Part shown: piece by piece, positions 30,799-41,600 of the stretch | Layout of the letters: every line of letters begins with the position of its first letter | Numbering within the stretch: the stretch's first letter is position 1 | Origin: Diplonema japonicum | Taxonomy: Eukaryota > Protista > Euglenozoa: Diplonemea | Assembly: GCA_964019335.1 (NCBI GenBank) | Contig: OZ025652.1 | Coordinates: forward strand, 248,001-312,000 | Direction: 5' to 3' | DNA: 64,000 nucleotides | Translations under genes and position numbers: made by a program | The notes under the pieces: generated by a model | What the model was told of the DNA's origin: nothing | Database searches by the model: none | Seen by the model: only the letters and a program-made list of their open reading frames with translations

Positions 30799-31911
30799 CT
30801 ATACAATGACGGATCTAGGGGGGCTAGAGTGGGAGATGGTGCCATGGAAGCTATGAGACATGGACTGGGCCGCAAGTGCCCCCTGCTCCCATGGGGGTGG
30901 TTGCAGGTGGTGAGGCAACGCAGGCATGGGGACGCGTGTTGGTTTGGGTGAAATAGACTTCCGCGCTGGATCGCCAGTAGGGACGGGCGGGGACAGTGAA
31001 GCCACCACAGAATGAACCTTCGGTGGTGTCATGGGGGCTGCAGACGTCATTAGATAACCTGGCGAAGGTATATACGCCGCTGCAGCAGAGAACAAGGGTG
31101 CATGTGCGGGAGCAAGCGCAGCCGCCGGCACAGGTGCAGGAACAGACACAGGCACAGGTGCAGGGACGTGCGTGAGGCTTGTTGCCATCGAGGACTTCAA
31201 CTGCAGCAGCTCAGACCGCAAGCTACGTGCCTCATTTGAAGCGACCTCACCTCGCTGCTCGGCGACGCTCATCTTTTCCTTCAAGGCTTGCAGCTCCAGA
31301 CGTAGCTCTGAGATTTCATCCCTCTGAGGCAGGATCGACTGTTGGACAGGTGCGACAGCAGGGGGAACAGGGGAACCTGGCGGAGGTCGTTGCGCACTGC
31401 TCCCTTCGAAGGTCAGTGTGATCGAGCTGTTGGCAGACAGAGCGCGGGCTGCCATCTCGCGTGACCACACGGGCTGGCCGTCGACTTGGGTGAGCCGCAT
31501 GCCAATGAACTTACCAACCCCGCAACGCTCGGCAGGGCTGCTGGCACGCACACCACGAAGGACCATCTCGGAGAGAAGACAACCGAGGTCCTGCTCGCCA
31601 GATAACTTGGTGACAGTGATGGTGGTCGTGGCGAGGGACTGCCGCAGGTTGCTCGGGAGGATGGCCTTGGGTTCTGCCTCCCCATCGAAGACTACCAGGA
31701 TCTGATCCTCACCAGACCTGCCGAGCTGCTGTCCGATTACCTTCCCGCTTTTCCCATTAAACCTCGGGTTCTGGCTCAGCCCCACCACCATCACAACATC
31801 CCCAACCTTGTACTGCACCACAGGGACACCATGTGTAGGTGCCGGTAGCACCACAGGTCTGCTTCCTCCACTGCTATTCCCCCAAATATCACTTCCCGGG
31901 TGGTCCATCAC
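30799..31911 (-). CDS. Protein with an SH3/KOW-like domain, PDZ-like domain, coiled coil and Pro-rich tail
   Basis: YKVGDVVMVVGLSQNPRFNGKSGKV...LPSNL; LGCLLSEMVLRGVRASSPAERCG...RLTQVDGQPV...ITLTF. Confidence 0.75.
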   Translation of the reverse strand: MMDHPGSDIWGNSSGGSRPVVLPAPTHGVPVVQYKVGDVVMVVGLSQNPRFNGKSGKVIGQQLGRSGEDQILVVFDGEAEPKAILPSNLRQSLATTTITVTKLSGEQDLGCLLSEMVLRGVRASSPAERCGVGKFIGMRLTQVDGQPVWSREMAARALSANSSITLTFEGSSAQRPPPGSPVPPAVAPVQQSILPQRDEISELRLELQALKEKMSVAEQRGEVASNEARSLRSELLQLKSSMATSLTHVPAPVPVSVPAPVPAAALAPAHAPLFSAAAAYIPSPGYLMTSAAPMTPPKVHSVVASLSPPVPTGDPARKSISPKPTRVPMPALPHHLQPPPWEQGALAAQSMSHSFHGTISHSSPPRSVIV

Positions 31912-32973
31912 ACGCTCCTAAAGATGGATTATGGTTTGCGGATAAGAAAACTGTTTTTTTCTCTTTTTTTCTGAAAATACAATGAAAAAGAATGTTGGGA
32001 GAGGGAAGTGGGGGAAAAGAAGAATAACAGAAAAGAATAGAAAGAATGGAAAGGGAGGGGAGAACAATAAAAAAAAAAAAAAAAAAAAAAACATACAGGA
32101 GGGGTAAATTTAAAATAAAAAATATCTTGTCATCATTCTCATTTTTTCAAAATATTTTTTTCTTGTCATTCTTTTTTTTTTTGTGTGGGAGAGGGGAGTG
32201 TCTTTGTTTCATTTACATAACGTGGGTGAGAAAGAAAGGAAAAAAAAAATCAGTATAAGGATAGGGGAGATGTGGTAACGAAGTGGGGGGGGGGGGGGGG
32301 TAAAGCTGACGAAACAGCATTTCAAACAAGGATGTCCTGAACCTACATTCTTGCGAGCCATGAAGGAAAAAGAAGCTTTTCTAAGAACTTATTGTTCAGT
32401 GTTCAGCGTGCACTGCAACAGGGGACTGAGGGGGTGGGTCCGATCGAACAGAGAGCATTGCTGCGCTCCCTAACTTCCATAATTTATATTTTTTTTTAAA
32501 AAATAAAACTTTATAAAAATAAATAAAAAGAGAGAAGAAAGCTAAAGATTAAACATTACAAAACAAGAGTGGCTTTTTTTTTTTATTATTCCTTTTTTTA
32601 TTTTCTTTCTTTCCCTCCCTCTCTCCCTTTTTCTTTTTTTTCTTCGCTTCTTCTTTTGACCGTGTTTGCACGCGATTCTTTTCTTTTTTTTTTTAAATAC
32701 GTATTCTCTACCTTTTCTCCTTCTTTTTTTTCTCATTTTTTTTCCCCCTTCAAAACTTTAATTGGCCACCTAAAAAAAAAAAAAAAAAAAAAAAAAAGCC
32801 ACCCACCTTAACCTTCTTTTCTTTTTTTTCAGGGAAAAAAAAAATATAAAAAAAAATAAAATAAAAATCTATTGATAAAGAAAAGAGAGAAAGTAAAACA
32901 AAAAAAAAGGGGAGGGGGGAAGGAGAAAGAAACACCGCTTTACCCACGGTAAGTTCTTTCCACCACTTCACCT

Positions 32974-34290
32974 TCATCCCTGAACCTCTAAAGGGTAAAA
33001 ACCTACATTGACAGGCACCTCATGAAGGGTAGGGGGAGCAGATGCCATAGGGCTCTGTGACTGCTTGACGCTGCGACGCTGAAGCCGAAGCTTAAGAAGC
33101 GTTAAGGGTGAGGATTCTTCAGGAGAAAGAGGTGTTGATGGCAACGGGGGTGTGAGGGACCTTATCGTGTCTAGAAGCCTCTTCCCGGCAGCCCGTGCAG
33201 GCTGGTACCGGCTAGACACTGCAGCATGCCCTGCCTCAGATACAAAATCGAAAGTAATTTTACTCGTTTCCACATATTCGCAAAGCGCCTCAGCGCACTT
33301 AGTTTGAATAGCGAGCTGAGGTGATTTCTTAACCCACCCGGACACCACAGACACAGCCTCCACACATGACGCCACGCAGACCATCAGAGCACTGTACACC
33401 TCACTGCAAAGCCCTTTATTAGAAACATTCAATCTTTGTACCAACCCGCTCACTATGTTGCCTGCGATGGACGGCCACACTGGTGATACAGATAGTCTTT
33501 TAACTGCCGCACATGCTGCTTTTAAAACCTGCGAGCGGCTGTCTTTCAACTGTGCCAGAACAGCATCGGCCATCAAGGTTTCTCGTGATTCTAAATCGTC
33601 GCTTTGTATACTGTTTAAAACCTCAAGCCTCGCTCCGAAAGGTGTTCGCAAGGTGGACAGCAGTGTGAGATCGCCTAGCTCGACATCTTGTTCCATTTCC
33701 GTGCAACTGTTCATCATGTTGTCCAAGGTTTCTATGTTCAAGGTGTTCGTGGCTAACGCGGTCCAAACATGTGATAAGGAGGTGCTCGTTGCGATTGAGA
33801 TATTTTTTAAAACGGAGAAGAACTGCACTGCGAGCTCTGCCCATTTTCGCGCCATTTCAATGTCGCAGGCGTCCTCCACTTTGATACGCACAAGGGCGCG
33901 GAGGGTTTCGAGGGAGGATAGAAGTTGCGGGAGGTTTTCCTTGACCTGTTTCAGAACCCATTTCGAGTCCTTTACGATGTCGCAGTCCATCCTCAACACT
34001 CTGTTCGACCGATCGAGAACTTTGTTCTGGTGCATAGGCACCATGCCGTTGCCTGCTTGCTTGTCAAAGTCTGTGGCGGTGCCTACCTTTGTGAGCAGTG
34101 CCTGCACGATGTCCTCGACGCCGATGTCGAGCTCCCTTGCAGCGTTGTGGACATCTTGCATGAATAAGTGTATATTCCCGACGGCACCCGCAACAGCTTC
34201 CACATCCGCTGCGTCCTCCACTTTGGTGCGGAGCGACGCCTCAATCTCGCACTGGGCTTGCATCAGTTTTTCTATGCTTTGACCTTCCAT
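32974..34290 (-). CDS. Alpha-helical protein with a C-terminal HEAT/TOG (CLASP-like) region
   Basis: Start MEGQSIEK at 34290 (upstream poly-K comes from a poly-A spacer). QLKDSRSQVLKAACAAVKRL and QRLNVSNK resemble CLASP/TOG HEAT repeats. Confidence 0.65.
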   Translation of the reverse strand: MEGQSIEKLMQAQCEIEASLRTKVEDAADVEAVAGAVGNIHLFMQDVHNAARELDIGVEDIVQALLTKVGTATDFDKQAGNGMVPMHQNKVLDRSNRVLRMDCDIVKDSKWVLKQVKENLPQLLSSLETLRALVRIKVEDACDIEMARKWAELAVQFFSVLKNISIATSTSLSHVWTALATNTLNIETLDNMMNSCTEMEQDVELGDLTLLSTLRTPFGARLEVLNSIQSDDLESRETLMADAVLAQLKDSRSQVLKAACAAVKRLSVSPVWPSIAGNIVSGLVQRLNVSNKGLCSEVYSALMVCVASCVEAVSVVSGWVKKSPQLAIQTKCAEALCEYVETSKITFDFVSEAGHAAVSSRYQPARAAGKRLLDTIRSLTPPLPSTPLSPEESSPLTLLKLRLQRRSVKQSQSPMASAPPTLHEVPVNVGFYPLEVQG

Positions 34291-35150
34291 TTTTCTTTCT
34301 TTTTTTTTTTTCTTTTTTTTTTTCACCACTTTTTTTTTTCCCCCCGATCATGGAAGAGAATGAAACTGCATACAAAAAAAAAAAAAAACTCATTCGGGAT
34401 CCTCCCTCTTTTTTTTTTCTATTGTCGGGAAAAAAAAAAGAGGTAAGGGAGAAAAAAAGAAAGAAAGAAACAAAATCGACGTTGCAACGGCGTGCCTTAC
34501 AGACGGGGTGCAAAGCCGGGGGGAGGGGGGGGGGGGGGGGGGGGGGGGGCAAAACGGAAGAAGGAATAGTTTGAACATAGCCTCCACGTAAAAGGGGGAA
34601 ATAAAGAAGGGAAATACATTTAAAATTTGTGGGTTCCTGGATGGGGACACCGACGGTTGCACAACACACCCAACAAAGAAAGACCGTCTTTGTTTTTTTT
34701 TTGTTTCCTCTTTTTTATTTTTTGCTGTTTTCTTCATCACAACCGATAAATAAATACACTTTGAGGAAATGAATGAAAACCTTTAATCCTTGTTTCCCCA
34801 CCTACCCTTTCGTCTGTTTCCCCCCCCCCCCCCCCCCCCCTCCCCCCCGCTTATTTTTTCTTGTCATGCATATCTAATGTGACAGAGTAAAAAGAAAAAT
34901 TATTCCATTCGCTTTTTTTTTTCTTTTTTTTTTTCTTTTTCTAAACACGCACAAAAAGAAGAGAAATAAAAAGGAGTCGGTTGATTATTTGTGCACAGCC
35001 GGGGTTAACCCGGTTCTCTTTTCTTGTTCATGCACAATTTTCCCTCCTTGCTGGTGTCATCCACGTTCCTTTCGTTCGCCCCTTTGGTTTATGTTTCGCA
35101 CAAACTAAAGAGGGATGAAGAATGATGAGATTTATTGTATCTTTTTCTTT

Positions 35151-36893
35151 TTACAATCGTGCCGGAGCAGCAGGCGGCGCCCAACTGAAGGGAGTCGAAG
35201 GACGAGGGAGGTGGAGTCCTGGTATGAGCCTCTTGTTGACGTACTCCTTCGCCTTGTCGGCTTCCTTCCAAGCATTGGGACCGTTCAGCCTCCAGTGCAA
35301 ACCCACAACCGGACCAAAATGCAGATTGAAGTTGTAAAGGTCTTCAGGGTCCGTGGGAGGTTTAGGAGGAAGCAGCACGGACTGCTTCTTCCACTTAGGG
35401 TCCATCTTGATATCAGGAAGGCACCCCAACTCCTCCGCAAAGCTGTCCATGTACGCGACGTACCTTATGAACCTTGGGAAGTAGGGGTCCACAGACTGGA
35501 TCATTGCATTCCTCTCGGCAATGTATTTGTAGATGTCCTCCTTTGTCGGTTGGTTAGCCTTCCCGAGCAACACGGATGCTTGCCATCTCGCTTGCATCTC
35601 GCCCACCAGTGCTTCGTTGGCGTTTGTTGTCGCAAGGCCGCACAGACTGAGCGTCCTGTACCTCGGGTGCATGCACATCTTGTACAGGTTCACGTAGTAC
35701 TTCCCCGAGGGTGTGTGGTTCGACACATCACGCATGACCCCCTTGTCCATGAAGGACAGGGTCCCCTCCAGGTCGTACCCTGTGCAGAAGACCAGTACGT
35801 CGCAAGGGATCTCCCTCCCGTCCTGCAGCACCACAGTGTCCTTCGTCAGATGTTTCACACCTGTCCCAAGCTTGATCTTCCCGGACTCCAAGTGGCGGAG
35901 GCATGTCTTCTGGTCCTTGATCATTCCTGTCCCCACCTTCGAGGAGTCGGTGTTCGGGGGCGGCATCCCAGCCTTCAGGAATGCCTGGTGGATTGGCGAT
36001 TTGTGTAAGAAAGACGGTTCGATGCTTGCTGTGGAGTCGGTCCCTCTTGTCAGGAGCCACAAGTCGAAGGGGTTCCCTTTGAGGTCCTCCACGCACAGGA
36101 TGGCAGCCCCGTGTCGTGCTGAGATGAAGACGTTCTTGGCGCAGGCACCGCAATCAAAAGCGATGTCGAGGGCGGAGTTCCCGATGCCCACCACCACCAC
36201 GTTTTTACCAGCGGCGACATCGTTGTTCTTGTAGACATTGCTGTGCAGCACGGTGCCTTGGAAGACGTCGCGGCCCTTGACCTCGGGGACGAAGGGCCCA
36301 CCACCGTACTGCCCTGCGGTCGTGAAGACGGCGTCGAACTCTTCTGTGTAGGCGGGCTCCGAGAAGCGTGCTTGGATGACGCCATAGACATCATGGTCCT
36401 TAGGGGTGGCTTGCAGGGTGACCTTCCACTTGGTGTCGCGGTCTGTGGTGTCAACAGGGGACACGTCGACCACCTTGGTGCCGAACCTGATGTGCTGGTT
36501 GAGATTATAGCGTGCAGCGTACTCAGTGATGTAGGTGATGATCTCGGTGTAGTGCGGGAAAGGTGACGAGGGCTTGAAGGGGAACGGGTAGTCTGGCGCT
36601 GCTGTTGTCACTTCGCTAGAGTTAGTCCTCAGCACATCGTACGCGACACCCCCATACCCCTGCTTCCGCCACACACCGCCAAGACCTACATGTGACTGTT
36701 CAAACAGCACGGGCTTCAACCCTAGCTCTGCAAGCGTCTTCACAACGTACACCCCAGCACACCCCCCACCGACCACTGCCACCCTTGACCCTGGTTTCAA
36801 AACCTGCTCCCTCTTTCCGTGTGGTTTCTCTCCGACATCTGTCCCTTGCGTGTCGTAGCCCTTCACACCCCGGCTGTGCTTCTTCGGCGGCAT
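35151..36893 (-). CDS. Flavin-containing monooxygenase (class B FMO) with C-terminal PTS1 (ARL)
   Basis: GGGCAG FAD motif, GGVW, FQGTVLHSNVYK FMO fingerprint, GIGNSA NADPH motif and FCTGY. Confidence 0.93.
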   Translation of the reverse strand: MPPKKHSRGVKGYDTQGTDVGEKPHGKREQVLKPGSRVAVVGGGCAGVYVVKTLAELGLKPVLFEQSHVGLGGVWRKQGYGGVAYDVLRTNSSEVTTAAPDYPFPFKPSSPFPHYTEIITYITEYAARYNLNQHIRFGTKVVDVSPVDTTDRDTKWKVTLQATPKDHDVYGVIQARFSEPAYTEEFDAVFTTAGQYGGGPFVPEVKGRDVFQGTVLHSNVYKNNDVAAGKNVVVVGIGNSALDIAFDCGACAKNVFISARHGAAILCVEDLKGNPFDLWLLTRGTDSTASIEPSFLHKSPIHQAFLKAGMPPPNTDSSKVGTGMIKDQKTCLRHLESGKIKLGTGVKHLTKDTVVLQDGREIPCDVLVFCTGYDLEGTLSFMDKGVMRDVSNHTPSGKYYVNLYKMCMHPRYRTLSLCGLATTNANEALVGEMQARWQASVLLGKANQPTKEDIYKYIAERNAMIQSVDPYFPRFIRYVAYMDSFAEELGCLPDIKMDPKWKKQSVLLPPKPPTDPEDLYNFNLHFGPVVGLHWRLNGPNAWKEADKAKEYVNKRLIPGLHLPRPSTPFSWAPPAAPARL

Positions 36894-37002
36894 TTCTCTC
36901 TTTTTCCTTTCAGTTTAGTTAAAAAGGGCGACGACACAGACACAATATTTTCTTTTTTTTTAAAAAAAAAACTCAAACTATGGCACACCATAAGAACTAA
37001 CC

Positions 37003-37668
37003 TTATACCTCATACCCAGTCTGACGAAGGACGTTGTACCCCAAGGCACGGGAGGGGAATGGAACCCAGTTGTTTTCGTGGAGAGACATAATCTCTTGTA
37101 TATAATGAATAGCGGGGGATGTGTAGTGGGGCTGCAGCTGATCAAGGCGGCGGATGTAATAATGCGCACGGGTGGGGTCAAGGAGATCAGCGGTGAGGGA
37201 GAGAAGGGAGCATGCTAGCTGTATGGAGAGTGGGGTTGGGGTGGACGATTTGTCAACAGATGTTCCGAAAAGCAGTGTGATGAGGCAAGTGTGAATAATC
37301 TTCGACGACATCACATTGTTGCGGAGGAGGGCTGCCATGTACTTCACAAGACCATCGCTCACGGTGACATCTTGCTGCTGGTACATGTTGAAGTTGATCT
37401 CGCATTTGTTGTGCAGAACTCTTCTAACCAGTCTTGGGTCCTTCACCCCTTGTAGCACACCGCCGGTCACCTTGCCCCACAGCTCCTTGTCGCTGTGTAC
37501 CGCTCTGCTCAACAGAACGTCAATTACTTCTTGTACTTCTTCTTCTTTCATTTCATCAATCATTTCTACCAGAACAGCCACTTCAGTGTCTAGCCGTGCA
37601 TAAGTTACTCTATTCATTGCTAGCCTTGCCTTGCGCAGTGGGTGGTATGGGATAGTGGAGGTGTTCAT
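37003..37668 (-). CDS. Stand-alone eIF4G-type MIF4G-domain protein
   Basis: ARLAMNRVT, VIDVLLSRAV, IIHTCLITLL, IQLACSLLSLTADLLD and IQEIMSLHENNWVP follow the eIF4G MIF4G helix pattern. Confidence 0.65.
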   Translation of the reverse strand: MNTSTIPYHPLRKARLAMNRVTYARLDTEVAVLVEMIDEMKEEEVQEVIDVLLSRAVHSDKELWGKVTGGVLQGVKDPRLVRRVLHNKCEINFNMYQQQDVTVSDGLVKYMAALLRNNVMSSKIIHTCLITLLFGTSVDKSSTPTPLSIQLACSLLSLTADLLDPTRAHYYIRRLDQLQPHYTSPAIHYIQEIMSLHENNWVPFPSRALGYNVLRQTGYEV

Positions 37669-38636
37669 TTTATTTGTTGTAACTTTCCCCGCTGACTGCG
37701 GTGAATTCTACTAGAAGTTAAAAAAAAACTTTTTTTTGAAAAAAAAATAAATACCCCCCCCCCTTTTTTTTCAATCGCAGTCATTCAAAAGAAAAAAAAA
37801 ACCAAAAAAAAAAAACATATTCTCCCCTTTTTTTTAACTGTTAAAGGATAAGAGAAACTGTATTTTTTCTTTTTTTTTCTTTTCCCTCCTTGTGGAGAAA
37901 AAAAAATCTTTCTTCCCCTCTCGTTGAAGAAGTCGATTAAGAGGAAGATGTAGAAAAAATGTCATAAAGAATGACACAAGAAGAAGAAAAAAAAAAAGAA
38001 GAAAAGAATATAAGGAGGACTTTTTCGCAGGAGGTATAAAACCATAAATAGTTCATAAGTTCATCTGTATGTTTTTTTTTTTTTAAAGGAAGGAAAAAAA
38101 AAATGTTCGGGGAAACGAGTTTAACTTTACTACTAAAAAAAAGGGGGGGGGGGGGAAAGGGGGAGGGGAGAACGGAGATAATCAGATACAAAAAACAAAG
38201 TATAAAAAAAAGTTTTTCATATTAATTCAACAGTGACGAAGAGAGGAAAAAAAAAAAGAGAAAAAAAAAAAACCCCAAAGGAGAGAAAGAATAAGTTGAA
38301 ATTCTCGCAACGAGTGTTTCCCAGTCAGATTTTCCTCTTTTTCTTTTGGCTTTTTGTGCCCCGAGAAACTTTTTCTTTGAGTAATTTTGTTACTTTCTCT
38401 CACAAAAAAAGGGGGGGAAATAAAAAATAAATAAACTACGGAACCTCCAGGGGCAAAAAACACAGAAAGGGGTGTGGGAGAGGGAGGAGAGAGAAAGAGA
38501 GGTGCGGGAATAAAAAGAAAATAAAAAAAAAAAAAAGAAACCTCAAGAGCCCACAGATCTGTTTATTGCTAATAGATTTTAATGGACCACATCTTTTTTT
38601 TTTTTTTTTTTTTTCCTTTTTTTCTCTTCTTTTTTT

Positions 38637-41600
38637 TTACTTCTGCTTCTGGATGAATTTTCTGATAGCGTCTTGCTGCTGCTCGCCCTGAAGGTTCTGG
38701 ATCTTCATCGCCTCCATAGTACTGGGTGTGAGGACCTTGTTCAACCTGAAATCTTCCCTGTTCCCAGAAGGACGTTCCGAGAGGGATCCAGTTTTCGTGA
38801 AGAACAACTCCTCAGACAGAAGCTCAAACAAACCATAGAAGTTGTACATGAACTGAGGATCGGCATCATTGCAGCCCTTGTCAATGGTGCCGGCCATCAC
38901 GTGCGATAGGGTGTGGATGAGAACCATGCAGTACTCCCCGAGATTCGAGAGCTTTGTGTTACGAATGTACAGTGTTCTAGAAACAGCGTCCCAGTTAAAA
39001 GAGTTCCTGAAGGCTGTGTGGACATAAGGCGACTCCGCAAGCGAGCTCGCCACCGCGATCTGCACTTGTGGCATGTCACCACCCCTCATCTTCTTCAGTA
39101 CCTCTAGGACGTACTTCCCGTACTCGAACACCACTAGCTCCTCGGGTTTCAGCTGTGCTGTTGGCATCACCGCCAGCTTTCCTTCACACACTGTTTTCCT
39201 GTCACGCGGGTCTAAGTAGTAGCTCATGAACCCACCGCTGCTCCTCATCTCCCTCAGGATCGTTTCGATATCCTTCATCTTTTTCATTAGCGGGTCCACC
39301 AGCTGCAACGCCCAGTCCTGCGGTGTCGCCTTCACGCTCTTCTTCTTATCAAGCGATGTGTTCGACGACTTTCTCACATTCTGCACCGGCGTTCTCTGCG
39401 GTGTGTCGGGGTCCTTTTGATTCTGCGGAGCATCCTTCGGTTGTGTCTGCGGTGTTGCCGACACCTCCGTGTTCCTCAGAATCTCATCCTGGCGTCGCCT
39501 CTTCAGCGCCATTTGCTGTTTCTTCGCTGCCACACGCTTCTCATGAGCCTCCTTCTCCAACCTCTTCTGTTGAATATCCTGCTCCTCCAGATGTTGCTTC
39601 TTCGCTTGATACTCTTGGAATAGTCTCTCAGGTCTGTGTGGAGTGGTGTGTGGTGTATTTAAAAACAAGGCATACTCGTCTTCGTGGCGCATCTTTTCCT
39701 GCAGCTCCTTCTCGATCTCGTCCTTCTTGTGGTTCCTTTCTTTCTCGCGCCTCTCCTTCTCCTTGATGAACCTAGCGTTCTCCAGACGCATCTCTTCGTT
39801 GTGCTTCAGCTTGTCCGCTTCCTGCTCTTCGGCGATCTTGTTTTTGAGCTCCTGCATTTGCTGGTCGGCGACTTGCTTTTCCTTCTCCTTGTTCGCCTCC
39901 AACTCCTGACGGAATTTCTCGAGTTGCTGGCGAGTGCTCTCGGCCTCCTCGCGAGCGCGTCTTGTGGTGGCTGCTTGCAGTGCTGCAGTCGGATCCCCTT
40001 GGAGCTGCGAGGGTGGTGTGATGCAACATGTGGAACATACCTCCATGCAAGCGTCACCGATCTCTTCCCAGTGGCGGCACTTCATCTCCAGAAGCCTGGT
40101 GTTGTACTTCTCGTCCCAGATCTCGCTGAGCTCTTCTTTCACCTTCTCCTCCTCCTGATCGCTGGTTCTCTTCAGTTGCTGCTGCTCTTTCTTCACCTCT
40201 AAGAGCCATGAGTTCTTCAACTCGCTCAGCTCCTTCTCACTCTTGCTGGTGTCTAAGGTAGCGGCGTGAACCTTTTCGTCGTATGTGCTCTCCAGTGCCT
40301 GCTCTGTCGTCTTCAGAGCCTGGCGGAGATCTTGGCTTTTCCTGTAGAGTATTTTACTTTGCTTTTCTTAGTCATACTTTTGGATTGCTTCGTCCCTTTC
40401 GTTGTCACATGTTGTCTTCAGCTTCTCGAACTCTGCCTTGTGCCTCATGAACATGATGTGTTTGGCAGCAGTTTCTGCTTCAAGCTTATCAGACTCAACA
40501 GCCTCTTTAATTGCCGTCTTTTCTGCCTGTACAACGGCCTGGTGGTGGAATTCGTCCGCTTTCTTCTGTTGCACTTGGATGGCCTCTTTCATCTCGGTAT
40601 CGTGCTTTGCAGCAATGTCCTTCTTCTTCGCACGCTTCTTAGCTTCGATCTTCTCAAGCATTGCCCTCTTCTGGTTTTCCTTGTCAGTTGCGAGTCTCTT
40701 CTGCATCTCCGCAGACTGTGTCTTGTGCTCTTCCATGAGGCGCTGCTTCTCCTCATCAGTGGCCACGCTGTCGATCTTCGCCATTTGCTTGGATTTCATC
40801 TCCGTCATGATCTTGTTGTGCCCAGCCTTAAGCTGCTCTTCAGCACGGGCCTTTTCTTCTTCGAGCTCCTTGGCAATCTTCACTTCTAGGGCCTTCAAGC
40901 TGGCCTCTTGCTCTGCCTTAAGCTGCTCAATGTGGCGACGGTGCTCCTGCTGCATCCTGCCCTCCTCTGCCTGAGCTTCTTCCGAGATTTTCACCTGTGA
41001 GTGTATTTTCTTGCAGTGCCGCCACACCTGGTTGACATGCGACTTGTCAGTCTCCGGCTGTATGAGGATCGAGTTGATCTCCTTCTCGGACTTCGCGAGG
41101 TCCTCCTTCAGCTCTGCGTGCTGCTTGCGCTTGAGTTCTTCGGCCCTCTTTCTCCTCTTCTCCTCGAGCTTCTTGCGCACGGCATCACGCTGTTTGCGCA
41201 TTTCTTCCGACGCTTCAGCCATTTGACTGTAGTGTGGGTGGGTGTGGTTTGCGAGTGAGTCATACCTCTTTGTTTCTGCCATGTAACTCTGGTAGATGGC
41301 CTCACGTTCCTTCTCTGTCATCGGGCTCTTGCGCTGCTGCTCCTGCTTCTTGAGGCGGCGCTCGACTTCTTGCCTGAGTAGCTTCTCCTCCTCCTCCTTT
41401 GCTTCTCTCTGCAGCTCCTTCTCGATCTCACGCTTGGCCTGCGCCATGTCTTCATTGCGCTGCTTACGCTTTGCTTCGTTTTCGCGCAACTTGTCCTGCA
41501 GACGCTCTTTTTCACTCATGTACTCCGCCTGTGGGCCTGTCTCTGCACGCTGTTGTTCGATGATCTCATCGATCTGCTGCTTTTGATGTTCGATCTCAGC

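Noticed and set aside
32306-32345. Hammerhead ribozyme core (CTGACGA)
   Set aside because: No properly placed stem II and GAAA.
34999-35013. GGGTTAACCC palindrome as a piggyBac end junction
   Set aside because: Flanks do not match the TIR (CCCTTATC) and it is too short to be significant.
2575-37668. Functional cluster of RNA-metabolism genes (La, SMG8, MIF4G)
   Set aside because: They are interspersed with unrelated genes, and such unidirectional clusters are not normally organised by function.
39423-39464. Further in-frame intron candidates (GTGTCG...CCGCAG here; GTAAGG...ATGCAG at 11213-11266)
   Set aside because: Donor or composition departs from the other introns and the translated sequence is plausible, so they were not counted.
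38637-40220. Separate 527-aa gene
   Set aside because: It starts at TTG with no leader signals and joins the giant ORF in frame through the 40342-40377 intron.
40368-40370. Stop-codon readthrough or reassignment linking the two in-frame ORFs
   Set aside because: The TAA lies inside a canonical intron, and genes elsewhere end normally at TAA, TAG or TGA.
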